A stretch of 56,482 nt of DNA from a virus. Its lineage: Duplodnaviria; Caudoviricetes. Where the stretch lies: positions 1 to 56,482 of the IMG/VR virus record IMGVR_UViG_3300033485_000014, one strand, 5' to 3'. The position numbers and the translations under genes were made by a program. Shown in pieces: positions 46,682 through 55,967 of the stretch. Within the stretch, counting starts at the first letter, position 1, and each line of letters begins with the position of its first letter. Under the pieces are notes generated by a model that did not search any database, was not told the DNA's origin, and saw nothing but the letters and a program-made list of their open reading frames with translations.

Positions 46682-47581
46682 ATGACGACGAACGAGCAAG
46701 TCGTGAAACGACTGGCGGAGAAATTGTACGGCGCATTCTGGCGCGGCGGGGGCAGTTTCACTCGTGGAAGGGGAGAAGGAAAGAGCCCAACCAACCTATG
46801 TTGGCTGGCAGTGGCGTCGGCCGCCATCGATGAGATGCAGCCCCCGCCGGCCACCGTGGAGAGAGTGCGGGAGGCGCTGCCCAAGATTGTACAGAATTGG
46901 TCAGCATACGCTTGGAACAAGAACGACACCCGTGCATGGGCGATTCTTACTTGGGCACGCAACTTCGCCCCCGATGCCGCGGAGATGCTCGGCGTGCTGC
47001 CTCACAACGCTTGCGATTGCCCGAACGCCGAATACCAGGCCGCGGAATGCGAGCGACTCACCCGCGAGCGCGACGAGGCCATCCGGCGCGCCGAGAAGGC
47101 AGAGCGTGAGCGAGATGCTGCCATCAAGCGAGCCAACGAGTCTGACCGGCTTGTCGTTGAGCGGAGAGATCGCGCCCTCGGGACAGAGCTAGACGGGAAC
47201 GATACAAGCGATTACGCCGTCGCAGTGAACGCGCTTCGCCAGCGCGACGCGGCCAGGTTGGAGCGTAACGTCGCTATCGGGCGAGCTGAGCTGGCCGAGC
47301 GCGCGCTGGAGCAAGAGGTGAAGACGCGCGACGAATACCACGAATGGGCGGACCAGCTCGCGTACGCAATCGCTCCCGTGGAGCAGATCGGCGAGCACTC
47401 GAGTTCAAACAACCCGTGGGAGAATGCGATTCGTGTAGCCGGTGAGGACGCCAAGCGGGCATCCGAGGCCGAGAACATGCTCCACGCGACCGAGGCTCAA
47501 CTACGAGCGCTCCGGGACACGGTCGTCCAATGCACCGTGGCCCTACGGCACGAAGTCGATGCGCCATCGACCGCAGAGTAG
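46682..47581 (+). CDS. Coiled-coil hypothetical protein
   Basis: GGAGG RBS; ERDEA-type heptads; IGEHSS.NNPW. Confidence 0.7.
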   Translation: MTTNEQVVKRLAEKLYGAFWRGGGSFTRGRGEGKSPTNLCWLAVASAAIDEMQPPPATVERVREALPKIVQNWSAYAWNKNDTRAWAILTWARNFAPDAAEMLGVLPHNACDCPNAEYQAAECERLTRERDEAIRRAEKAERERDAAIKRANESDRLVVERRDRALGTELDGNDTSDYAVAVNALRQRDAARLERNVAIGRAELAERALEQEVKTRDEYHEWADQLAYAIAPVEQIGEHSSSNNPWENAIRVAGEDAKRASEAENMLHATEAQLRALRDTVVQCTVALRHEVDAPSTAE

Positions 47582-47609
47582 AATGCCACGCGCATGACAC
47601 CACGAATCG

Positions 47610-49253
47610 ATGTACTCACTATACAACTATCAGAGTGAATGCATTCGCCGGGTCCAGTGGTTGATACGCAACGGAACTAGACGGATTGTCATCGTTCTTC
47701 CTACGGGCGGAGGAAAAACTCTTGTGGGTGCATCGATCATCATGTCTGCACTGCAGAAGGGGAATCAGTCAATTTTCCTTGCGCATCGACGTGAGCTCAT
47801 CAAACAGAGCTTTTGCAAGCTGGTCCGTTCAGGCGTCGGCCCGGATGACATCGGTATCATCATGGCTGACGCCGGGCTTGGACATCAGCCGGAGACAAGC
47901 ATTGACCCGTCACAGCTTGACGATGCGCAACTGTGGAAGCTTGGGGCCCGATCTCGATCCTCCGCCCCGGTACACATCGCATCGATCGACACGCTTCGCA
48001 ATCGGCGCGCGCCACCGGCCAAGATCGTGATGATCGATGAAGCGCACCGCGCGCTATCGCCGTCCTATCTACGAATGCTCGATATCTACACCGATGCCGT
48101 GCATATCGGCCTCACGGCTACCCCATGGCGAGCGGACGGCCGAGGGCTCGAGGAGTACTATCAAGCGCTCGTGGTAGGAGCCACACCATCGAAGCTCATC
48201 GCTGAAGGCTTCATCCTTGAGCCTCGAGTGTTCCTGCCGCCGCGAGAGGACCTTCCCGACCTATCTCGCATCCGTATCGTCGCAGGAGACTACGACGAGC
48301 GTCAGCTGTCTGTTGCTGTCGATCAGGATCGGCTCGTCGGGAACATCGTTGACCACTGGTTCCGCGAGGCTCGCGGAATACGAACCGTGGTGTTCCCCAC
48401 ATCGATCGCGCACAGCAAGCATCTCGTCGAACGCTTCAATGATGCCGGGGCCAGGTTCGAGCATCTCGACGGCGGAACGCCAGCACGAGAGCGAGACGCA
48501 ATTCTGGCTCGCCTAGATCGACACGAGATCGATGGCGTGTCGTCGTGTGACGCTCTGTCCGAAGGGTGGGACCAGCCGCCAGTGAAGTGCGCGATCTTGG
48601 CCAAGCCAACCCGATCGCTGACGAAGTATCTGCAGAAGGCGGGGCGCATTCTACGCCCTTGCCCCGGGGCGCCACAGCCGATCATTCTCGACCATGCTGG
48701 ATGCTCCCTGGATCTGAATTGCCTTCCACAGGATGACCAGGATTACTCGCTTCAGCCGCCGCCGAAGCGCAAGCGAAGCCAGGCTCAAGTGCCCAGAACA
48801 TCGTGGTGTCCGAAGTGCTGGGCAATGCTTCCCGCGGGGACGAAGGTGTGCCCTCGGTGCGGGTTCGTGTTCCCAAAGGAAGCGACGCCCAAGGTAGACG
48901 TATCGGAGTCCGACGGGACGCTCGTTGAAGTGCGCGCCATCACGATCGAAGAGAAGCGTCAGGTGTGGGAATCTCTGTGCAGGAAGGCAGTTGAGGCTGG
49001 GTATGCTGACGGATGGATCCGACATCAGTTCTCGGGCAGATTCGGATGCAAGCCTCCAGACGGATTCGCTCTGCCGAAGCGTGAACGACCGCCAGCAACC
49101 GACGAAGAGAAGCAGGTGGCGCTGGCATCGCTGAACGACCTGGCCAAAGCGAAGGGATACAAGCCCTACTGGGTGCTCAGGAGATTCGTGGCAAAGTTTG
49201 GGTGCCCTCCGCCGAAGCTGGAGGAGAGTAAGCAAGTGGAGATGAAGACATGA
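47610..49253 (+). CDS. DEAD/DEAH-box SF2 helicase with Zn ribbon
   Basis: PTGGGKT, DEAH, TAT, EGWD, QKAGRILR, CPKC...CPRC. Confidence 0.95.
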   Translation: MYSLYNYQSECIRRVQWLIRNGTRRIVIVLPTGGGKTLVGASIIMSALQKGNQSIFLAHRRELIKQSFCKLVRSGVGPDDIGIIMADAGLGHQPETSIDPSQLDDAQLWKLGARSRSSAPVHIASIDTLRNRRAPPAKIVMIDEAHRALSPSYLRMLDIYTDAVHIGLTATPWRADGRGLEEYYQALVVGATPSKLIAEGFILEPRVFLPPREDLPDLSRIRIVAGDYDERQLSVAVDQDRLVGNIVDHWFREARGIRTVVFPTSIAHSKHLVERFNDAGARFEHLDGGTPARERDAILARLDRHEIDGVSSCDALSEGWDQPPVKCAILAKPTRSLTKYLQKAGRILRPCPGAPQPIILDHAGCSLDLNCLPQDDQDYSLQPPPKRKRSQAQVPRTSWCPKCWAMLPAGTKVCPRCGFVFPKEATPKVDVSESDGTLVEVRAITIEEKRQVWESLCRKAVEAGYADGWIRHQFSGRFGCKPPDGFALPKRERPPATDEEKQVALASLNDLAKAKGYKPYWVLRRFVAKFGCPPPKLEESKQVEMKT

Positions 49254-49456
49254 TTCGAAACAGAGAAACGAACATTACCGTGGATGAAGCCACTAGAAGA
49301 GCAAAATCGGATGTTGACGCTTTTCGCGGTCCTCTATTCCGACGAACTTACTTCGGAATTGTGCCGATGCGGTCATACCCTACTGCAGACCATCCTAGCG
49401 CAGAGAATTGGTCCGATGCTGCTCGTAGGGCATATGTTGACGAATATTCTAGGTGA
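49250..49456 (+). CDS. Hypothetical protein
   Basis: ATGA-coupled ORF. Confidence 0.45.
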   Translation: MIRNRETNITVDEATRRAKSDVDAFRGPLFRRTYFGIVPMRSYPTADHPSAENWSDAARRAYVDEYSR

Positions 49457-49463
49457 TGACGAC

Positions 49464-49904
49464 ATGGTCGAGTTCAATCCGCCCCTGTGGCCGCCTCCGC
49501 CACCCCCGTCGGACACTCTCGAGATCCCGTTCATGGTCAGCCTAGAGCTTGCTCTTGGTGCAAGGCGTGACATTACCATATGGCGTCAGAACGCGGGTGG
49601 CGTGGTCAAGCGCACCAAGTCGGGCAAGCCGATCGGCCGATTCGATGCGGGTCCCCACAAGGGCATCGCTGACATCTGCGGGATTGCTGACGGAGGCGTG
49701 TTTTTGGCCATTGAAACCAAGTCGGCCAGGGGAGTACAGTCTGACGCTCAGGCGGTATTTCAGCAGGTGGTCCAGAGTCACGGTGGCATCTACGTCAGGC
49801 CGATCTACGACGAGACTCTCTCGATGGCCGACAATGTGGCCGCCGCCGTGAAGAAGATCGAGCAGGCTATCGCTGACTGGAGAAATTCATGTTCCAAGCG
49901 TTGA
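49464..49904 (+). CDS. VRR-NUC domain nuclease
   Basis: GIADI...FLAIETK...G.QSDAQ..F. Confidence 0.88.
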   Translation: MVEFNPPLWPPPPPPSDTLEIPFMVSLELALGARRDITIWRQNAGGVVKRTKSGKPIGRFDAGPHKGIADICGIADGGVFLAIETKSARGVQSDAQAVFQQVVQSHGGIYVRPIYDETLSMADNVAAAVKKIEQAIADWRNSCSKR

Positions 49905-49951
49905 GTGCCATTCGTAGGATTGACATGGTCAACATTCGTTGACGTCACCCC

Positions 49952-51832
49952 ATGCCGGCCCAAGTTGTGAAACTCAGGGGGGCCGGAATCAGCGGGACGC
50001 CTCGCCGAAGCAGCGGCGGACCAGGAGACACGATCGACGATCGTCCAACGATTCGGATCGTTGAAGGCGACTTCAAGCGGATGGTGGAGCAAGCTACCTC
50101 AGCGCTCACTCGCGACGAATATGTGTATCAACGAGCTGGGGATCTGGTAGCGCTCACCAAAGAACCGGACCTGTTGCAGGAGCTGGAAGCTGGTCGAACG
50201 AATGATGTGCTCACCGCTCCCGGTGCACCTGTTCTTCGCAAGCTCAACGTGGCGTCACTTCGCGTTCGTTTGGCTACGGTGGCAAAGTGGGAAAAGTGGC
50301 AGAGACCTAGAGCAACGGGGGATGATGGGGAATGGGTTCCGTCGCATCCGTGCAGGGACACTACGTCCGCAGTGCTCGAGGCGACCACGTCGGGAGGATG
50401 GCCAGGCATTCGTCCCATCCGGGGAATCATCGAAGCCCCAACGCTTGCGCCGTCAGGACGAATCATATCCAAGCCCGGGTACGACAGGGAGACGGGCTAC
50501 GTGCTTATTCCGTCGATTCAGGTTCCAGACATCGGGGAGCATCCAACACGGGAGCGAGCGCGTGCCGCCCTTCGGTATCTATGGATCGAACTGTTCAGTG
50601 ACTTCCCGTACGTGTCTCTAGGAGAGGCGCATCCAAGGGACGTTGACCGAAACGAGCGATACAAGAAGGCTTGCCTGGTGCCAGATGCTTTCGTCGGCAT
50701 AGCAGCGCTTCTCACGATGTTCGCAAGACCGGCCGTCTGCGGAGCGACCCCAGGATTCGTTTTCGAGGCTGCGTCGCAAGGCTCCGGCAAGTCACTACAG
50801 ATGGATGTTGTTTCGATGGTGACCGTGGGACGATCGGCGGACATGCGCACATTCCCGTCGCACGATGGGAAGGTCGACGATCCGGAGCTCGAAAAGATTC
50901 TTGCTTCATGTGCACTATCTAACAGACGCATGATCGCGTTCGACAACGTCAAGGGCACGGTCGGAGGAGCTGCGCTCGAGCAGCGTATGACGGCCACGGA
51001 TAGATCCTCTTTCCGAGTGCTAGGCCGCACTGAAGAGCAATCTCTGCCATGGTCGGCCGTCATGCTGTTCTCAGGAAACAACATGACCATGTCCGACGAC
51101 GTGGCGCAACGCACTGTTGTCTCTCGGCTTGAGTCCTCTCGAGAGGATCCGCGATCGAGGGACCCTTCGGAATTCAGGCATCCACAACTGCTCGAGTGGA
51201 TCCGAAACAATCGACCCAAGTTGGCGCAGGCGTGCCTGACCATACTTCGGGCCGCGTCGATCGGGCAAAAGGCCAACGCTGGCAGCTGGGGCAGCTTCGA
51301 ACCTTGGGCGAACATCGTGGCGAACGCGATTGTGTTTGCCGGCGGGCCAAGTGTGCTCAATGCTAGACCGAAGCAGGATTCGGCCGATGCTGGCGAGGGT
51401 GGTGCGCATTCGACGCTGATGCGATGCTGGCCAGAGGAGTTCCTGTCCGAGGGCGTACGATCGGCAGCACTAGTGCGTAAGGCATTCGCCGAGGAAGCCG
51501 CGATCATGAAAGGCACTTCTCCGGACGATGGCATGGGCGACCTTCGCGATGCACTAAGAGAACTGACTGAGACTCCAGACAACCGGATACCAAGCGCCAT
51601 CAAGCTAGGACAGATCCTCCGACGGTTACGCGGCAAGTGGCGCGACAATCGGAAATTGAATTCGTCAAAGGACGGAAAGGGCTTCACCCTATGGATCGTG
51701 CAGGAGAAGGAAAACGCAATCATCAGAGCGGAAGATCAGACCGACCTGCCGATGGCGCTGCCGCCTCCGACCGAAGAGCAAACTCCGGAGCAGGCAATGG
51801 CAGACCCGGCGGAGGAATGGGGCAGGGAGTAG
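49952..51832 (+). CDS. Replication P-loop ATPase/helicase of the primase-associated type, no primase domain recognised
   Basis: GIIEAPTL...PGYDRETG, QGSGKS, FDNV, SGNN, QR. Confidence 0.75.
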   Translation: MPAQVVKLRGAGISGTPRRSSGGPGDTIDDRPTIRIVEGDFKRMVEQATSALTRDEYVYQRAGDLVALTKEPDLLQELEAGRTNDVLTAPGAPVLRKLNVASLRVRLATVAKWEKWQRPRATGDDGEWVPSHPCRDTTSAVLEATTSGGWPGIRPIRGIIEAPTLAPSGRIISKPGYDRETGYVLIPSIQVPDIGEHPTRERARAALRYLWIELFSDFPYVSLGEAHPRDVDRNERYKKACLVPDAFVGIAALLTMFARPAVCGATPGFVFEAASQGSGKSLQMDVVSMVTVGRSADMRTFPSHDGKVDDPELEKILASCALSNRRMIAFDNVKGTVGGAALEQRMTATDRSSFRVLGRTEEQSLPWSAVMLFSGNNMTMSDDVAQRTVVSRLESSREDPRSRDPSEFRHPQLLEWIRNNRPKLAQACLTILRAASIGQKANAGSWGSFEPWANIVANAIVFAGGPSVLNARPKQDSADAGEGGAHSTLMRCWPEEFLSEGVRSAALVRKAFAEEAAIMKGTSPDDGMGDLRDALRELTETPDNRIPSAIKLGQILRRLRGKWRDNRKLNSSKDGKGFTLWIVQEKENAIIRAEDQTDLPMALPPPTEEQTPEQAMADPAEEWGRE

Positions 51833-52659
51833 CGTTTCAGCGACACGAATTGGCGCAGGTCATCGAGACTATCCGCGGGGAGATGCGACACTACTACTGG
51901 TACTCACGTCCCGATATTCCTTGGACCGACGCCGCGGTATGCCCCGTCGATCTGACCTCGGAGCGGTACGTGCTGTCATCGATGTGGGAAGGTACTATGG
52001 CGCCGCCGTGGCTACGCGCCGAGCACTTCGTTCCCAAGCTTCACTCGGATGTGTTCGAGTGCTTGAAAGCTCGATCGAAACCACTGGAATTGGCCAACGC
52101 CACCGAGATCCAAAGGGCCATGTACGCACGAGGATGGCCCCCGGGGATCGACATGGCCGAGCTTCTGCGGTCAATTGAGGCATGGCCGTGCTGCCCGATC
52201 GAGGCCCCCGCTCTGATCGTGGTCGAAATGGCCGTACGAAGACAAGCGATTCAAGAGATCACTCGAGTGCGGCATATGCTGCACCTTTTCGAATACGAGG
52301 ATCTGGATGGGGCAGCGGAGTCGCTGACGAAACTGGCGGAGTCGCTTCGCAAGGCCGCCTTGCGAGCCAAGCGTGTTCCTAGTAGGTATGGGTTCAGGAA
52401 CACCTACGCGACCGCGAAAGAGCTCGCTGCCATCCAGGGTATGGCCGTAGCCTCAGGGAAGACGGATGGCTGGAGCGTCGACGAGAGGACGATGATCGAG
52501 GCTTCCAATGAGGCCATCTCAGATGGCCCCAGGGCGCTCAGGACGGACGTCGACCCAATCGAGGCGGCGGTGAGCTGGGCTGACCCGGCGGGCAATCCCA
52601 CTGACGGAGACAGGCCGCCGCAAGCCCAGCAAAAGGCTGCCCCAGCGCAACAGCGGTGA
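51817..52659 (+). CDS. DnaB N-terminal-like domain protein
   Basis: SERYVLSSM...LRAEHF..LHSDVF...KPL...MAVRRQAI. Confidence 0.55.
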   Translation: MGQGVAFQRHELAQVIETIRGEMRHYYWYSRPDIPWTDAAVCPVDLTSERYVLSSMWEGTMAPPWLRAEHFVPKLHSDVFECLKARSKPLELANATEIQRAMYARGWPPGIDMAELLRSIEAWPCCPIEAPALIVVEMAVRRQAIQEITRVRHMLHLFEYEDLDGAAESLTKLAESLRKAALRAKRVPSRYGFRNTYATAKELAAIQGMAVASGKTDGWSVDERTMIEASNEAISDGPRALRTDVDPIEAAVSWADPAGNPTDGDRPPQAQQKAAPAQQR

Positions 52660-52718
52660 GCTGAGGATCGGTGGCGGGAGTGGCGCAGGCCCGCGCTTGG
52701 GGCGCATCCAGTGGTACA

Positions 52719-52919
52719 TTACACATTCGTGCTAGGCGGCTCATTGGTCAGTCCTTTCAGATATGCGTCCCCAGCCGCCTCCGCCTGATGTCGGAAGTCG
52801 AATGGGCCGATGTATTTTTGGAGGATACGCCCGTTATGTTGCGGCGGAACATACCAGTATTTGACGCCACGCTTGCGTATGGATCCGGTTCCTTTGGTTC
52901 GTTTGGGGCCAGCGCTCAT
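52719..52919 (-). CDS. Stand-alone integrase arm-type / AP2-like DNA-binding domain
   Basis: KRTKGTGSIRKRG..YW...KYIGPF..RHQAEAA. Confidence 0.55.
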   Translation of the reverse strand: MSAGPKRTKGTGSIRKRGVKYWYVPPQHNGRILQKYIGPFDFRHQAEAAGDAYLKGLTNEPPSTNV

Positions 52920-53221
52920 TTGAGTTTCCTTTCCGTGAACAGGACACATCCCGACTCGCAACGCATGTAGCACGAGGTCCTGCCGTCGGCCCGAGGAATC
53001 TTGTGCATGCAATGCGATTGTAGATAGCGGTTGTCTTTTGATTGGAAGGCTAGAACCGGCAGATAGTGCCGTGGAGGGACGGGCGGAGGAGGCTTCCTTG
53101 GTTCGATCGCTCCCGGGTGACGCTCGATCCGTTTCCTTAGCCATTCGACTGGGTACGAAAGCAGTATTGCTGTTACCAGCAACACGAACGCGAGCCAAGC
53201 GTAGTCTGCAACGTGAGTCAT
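52916..53221 (-). CDS. Membrane-anchored Cys-containing protein
   Basis: AGGAGG RBS; N-terminal TM helix. Confidence 0.6.
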   Translation of the reverse strand: MTHVADYAWLAFVLLVTAILLSYPVEWLRKRIERHPGAIEPRKPPPPVPPRHYLPVLAFQSKDNRYLQSHCMHKIPRADGRTSCYMRCESGCVLFTERKLK

Positions 53222-53301
53222 GCAACACCTCCTACACTATCACACATCCTGACACTTATTATTGATAGCGACTTGAGTTTTGATGATAGCGTCCGTATCC
53301 T

Positions 53302-53604
53302 ATGGTCATGAACGCTATCGACATGAACCACGGCGAAGTCCAATTGCACATCGTTTTCACAGTGTGTGATGGCCCAGCCAATGACAATGTGTCGGACCTG
53401 CTCGCTCAGTGTGAGCAGGAATTGCTTGCTATCCACGGGCGCACGTTCCCCGGCAAGAAGTTCCGTGTCACCGTTCGGTACGAATGCACCATGACTAGTG
53501 ACGTTCGGCTGCTCGCGTTCACAGGCCGCCGCGTCGAGGTGTGGCACGCCGAGCTCGAGGAAGTGGTTGGGTACAGCCTGCAGCAATTCTACCTACCGCT
53601 CTGA
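53302..53604 (+). CDS. Hypothetical protein, lone gene opposing the right-arm direction
   Basis: ORF after an AT-rich divergent spacer. Confidence 0.5.
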   Translation: MVMNAIDMNHGEVQLHIVFTVCDGPANDNVSDLLAQCEQELLAIHGRTFPGKKFRVTVRYECTMTSDVRLLAFTGRRVEVWHAELEEVVGYSLQQFYLPL

Positions 53605-53870
53605 AGCAAGACGGGGACGGTCAGAGTCCCTGCTAACTCCAACCGCCCCCATCTTCCCGGAGGCACCGTAACCACGAACCAACAGCAATTGAGATAGCAG
53701 GTTTTCATGGGTACGTCAACGAAATAGGGCCCCGTATGCACAGGGAGACGGGGCGGCTCCCGGACTCGGCAGCGAGCGCGGCATGCGTCATTCGTACCGC
53801 ACCCACACTCGAGGGTCATCACTTCGACCCTTGCGCCCGCTAGTAGACGCTCTGCCAGAAAGCGACTCAC
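53589..53870 (-). CDS. Hypothetical Cys-containing protein
   Basis: GTGA-coupled to the upstream gene. Confidence 0.45.
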   Translation of the reverse strand: MSRFLAERLLAGARVEVMTLECGCGTNDACRARCRVREPPRLPVHTGPYFVDVPMKTCYLNCCWFVVTVPPGRWGRLELAGTLTVPVLLQSGR

Positions 53871-54361
53871 TGGTTGGTGGTTTCGGCGGGCTCGGGTACC
53901 GCCGTGGCTTCCGCGACTGGATACGGAACAGAGAGGGCAGTAATAGCTCCCACCTCAGCGAAAGCCTTTCTGATCTTCTCCGCTTTCGTCGCGCTCACTT
54001 TTGCGACAACGCGCGTGGGGCACGATTCGACCAGATCCTTGGCCTCCGCCAGACCCATTCCCGTTAGAGCGCGCACGGTCCTGACGCACGGAATCTTGTT
54101 GCCGCCTGCGTCCACGAGCATGACGTCGAACTTCGGGGCGGACACGTCGGTCGCGGCCTCGACCTCACTCAGCTCAGCCCGCAGGCCAGCGATGGTCGCG
54201 TTTGCCCGGGACAGCTCCTCCCTGGCAGCGAAGAGGCCGCATTCCGCGCTCTCGCGAGCGCTGTTGCAGCGGTCCAATTTCGTTCGCAGCGACTCCGTCT
54301 CGGTCACGGCAGCTTCATACTTGCCGAGTAGCAGCCTGAACATATCGATGGTGGTATCCAT
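53867..54361 (-). CDS. Ribosomal protein bL12 (L7/L12) C-terminal-domain protein with N-terminal coiled coil
   Basis: KFDVMLVDAGGNKIPCVRTVRALTGMGLAEAKDLVESCP...KAEKIRKAFAEVGA closely follows the bL12 CTD consensus; AGGAG RBS. Confidence 0.88.
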   Translation of the reverse strand: MDTTIDMFRLLLGKYEAAVTETESLRTKLDRCNSARESAECGLFAAREELSRANATIAGLRAELSEVEAATDVSAPKFDVMLVDAGGNKIPCVRTVRALTGMGLAEAKDLVESCPTRVVAKVSATKAEKIRKAFAEVGAITALSVPYPVAEATAVPEPAETTNQ

Positions 54362-54417
54362 GGTGTCTCCTATTGATTGGGGTTGGTGCGCTCCCGGCAA
54401 TAGCCCCATATGTGGAA

Positions 54418-55323
54418 CTATTTTTGGTTTAGGACTTTTGCCTGGTCGCGTACGCTGCCGACGCTGGCGGAGCCGTATACGCTGCCGACGCTGGCGGAGC
54501 CGTATACGCTGCCGACGCTGGCGGAGTCGCGTACGCTGCCGACGCTGGCGGAGCCGTATACGCTGCCGACGCGGGCGGAGCCGTATACGCTGCCGACGCG
54601 GGCGGAGCCGTATACGCTGCCGACGCGGGCGGAGTCGCGTACGCTGTCGACGCGGGCGGAGTCGCATACGCTGTCGACGCGGGCGGAGCCGTATACGCTG
54701 CCGACGCGGGCGGAGTCGCATACGCTGTCGACGCGGGCGGAGTCGCATACGCTGTCGACGCGGGCGGAGTCGCGTACGCTGTCGACGCTGGCGGAGCCGT
54801 ATACGCTGCCGACGCGGGCGGAGTCGCGTACGCTGTCGACGCGGGCGGAGCCGTATACGCTGCCGACGCGGGCGGAGTCGCGTACGCTGTCGACGCGGGC
54901 GGAGTCGCATACGCTGTCGACGCGGGCGGAGTCGCGTACGCTATAAATTCTAGCGTTTGACACCTTTTGGACGCTGGCGGAGCCACACACGATCCAGCAT
55001 CCCCCAAGAATCAGTCTGCGATCGTCGCACACAATCATTCGCGAGGCTCGCTCTTGCATTTTGGCCGTCACGTCCTCCACGTTAAACCACTCCGGCATGA
55101 AATCTTCATCGACTCGTAGTGACCACTTCTGAGGGTCGTCTATTGACGACGATCCATCCGGTGGAATGAATTCCACTCGGACCCAATCGCGTCCGCCGGC
55201 TCCAAGCGCTCCCTGATCGCGCAACCCATACACGACAACAAGATCCTCATGGGAGTCTGTGTGCTCAGGATCACACAGGATGTCCCCGTTGCGGCAAACG
55301 ATGGCAGAGATGAAATTGCACAT
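54418..55323 (-). CDS. Phage protein with a C-terminal 9-aa repeat (beta-solenoid-like)
   Basis: AAGGAG RBS; globular N domain (MCNFIS...SHEDL...RVEFIPP...D..PEWF), then SV[RCY][DG]SA[RS]V[DG] x18. Confidence 0.8.
   Translation of the reverse strand: MCNFISAIVCRNGDILCDPEHTDSHEDLVVVYGLRDQGALGAGGRDWVRVEFIPPDGSSSIDDPQKWSLRVDEDFMPEWFNVEDVTAKMQERASRMIVCDDRRLILGGCWIVCGSASVQKVSNARIYSVRDSARVDSVCDSARVDSVRDSARVGSVYGSARVDSVRDSARVGSVYGSASVDSVRDSARVDSVCDSARVDSVCDSARVGSVYGSARVDSVCDSARVDSVRDSARVGSVYGSARVGSVYGSARVGSVYGSASVGSVRDSASVGSVYGSASVGSVYGSASVGSVRDQAKVLNQK
54445..54942 (-). repeat. 27-bp tandem repeat, 18 full units plus a partial unit
   Basis: Unit such as AGCGTACGCGACTCCGCCCGCGTCGAC, varying at only a few positions. 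Confidence 0.95.
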
Positions 55324-55350
55324 TTTTCGCTACTCCTTCGTCAAATTGGT

Positions 55351-55431
55351 TGGTGCGCTCGAAGGACGGTCAGGCCACGGGAGAAGGGGAATTTGAGAGC
55401 CGCGGACTCTGACCGTCGTTGGGGCGCGCCA
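55351..55431. other. Long intergenic stem-loop
   Basis: GACGGTCAG (55365-73) pairs with CTGACCGTC (55409-17); outer stem TGGTGCGCTC/GGGCGCGCCA. Confidence 0.5.
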
Positions 55432-55451
55432 CTCGGCGCGCGATCGAAGTG

Positions 55452-55727
55452 TCACGCCCATCCCCTTGCCACTCTCTTCAGTATGACCATGCCGCGAGTG
55501 GCTTCGCGGTCGCTCCCGTCGAGGAGCTCCAGCCACACCGCTCCCTCGGTTTGGCTGATGTTGACGAGCCACCGCTCACTGGGTGGCGTTGCCATCTCAG
55601 CTTTGGCTGCTATCTCGTGCAGTGTGGCACTCACGATGCGCGACGATCGATCCGCGAACTGCATACGTAGCGTCGGTTGCAGCGTTCCGTACTCACCCCG
55701 CTCCAGCGTCACCGTTGCTCGTGCCAT
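55452..55727 (-). CDS. Early hypothetical protein
   Basis: GAGG RBS; right-arm gene string. Confidence 0.55.
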   Translation of the reverse strand: MARATVTLERGEYGTLQPTLRMQFADRSSRIVSATLHEIAAKAEMATPPSERWLVNISQTEGAVWLELLDGSDREATRGMVILKRVARGWA

Positions 55728-55728
55728 C

Positions 55729-55941
55729 TCACCCCTCCCTAACATTCTCGACCTCGCCGTCGACGCCTAGCTGCAATTGCCCACTCCGTCCAGCGAGCAG
55801 CTTCCGCGCCTCGTTGCGGTCCCGTTCTGCTCCTACCCAGAACATATCCCACTCTGCGCGGCCTCGGGAGACCTCGTCCGCAGTGGGGTATCGGTAGACG
55901 TTCCACATGTGGCGCATTGCGAATTTGCCTACGGTTCTCAT
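55729..55941 (-). CDS. Early hypothetical protein
   Basis: AAGGA RBS. Confidence 0.55.
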   Translation of the reverse strand: MRTVGKFAMRHMWNVYRYPTADEVSRGRAEWDMFWVGAERDRNEARKLLAGRSGQLQLGVDGEVENVREG

Positions 55942-55967
55942 CTTCGTGTCCTTCCGCCGTCCTGCGT

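Noticed and set aside
54445-54942. Possible CRISPR or guide-RNA array
   Set aside because: Units are contiguous near-identical 27-mers with no unique spacers and are in frame within a gene that has an RBS and a globular N-terminus
53867-55007. Long alternative ORFs (RLRPRRQR, RCRRGRSR, TLPTRAE, PPASAAY repeats)
   Set aside because: By-products of a stop-free repeat unit; the bL12-like gene has its own RBS and start at 54361
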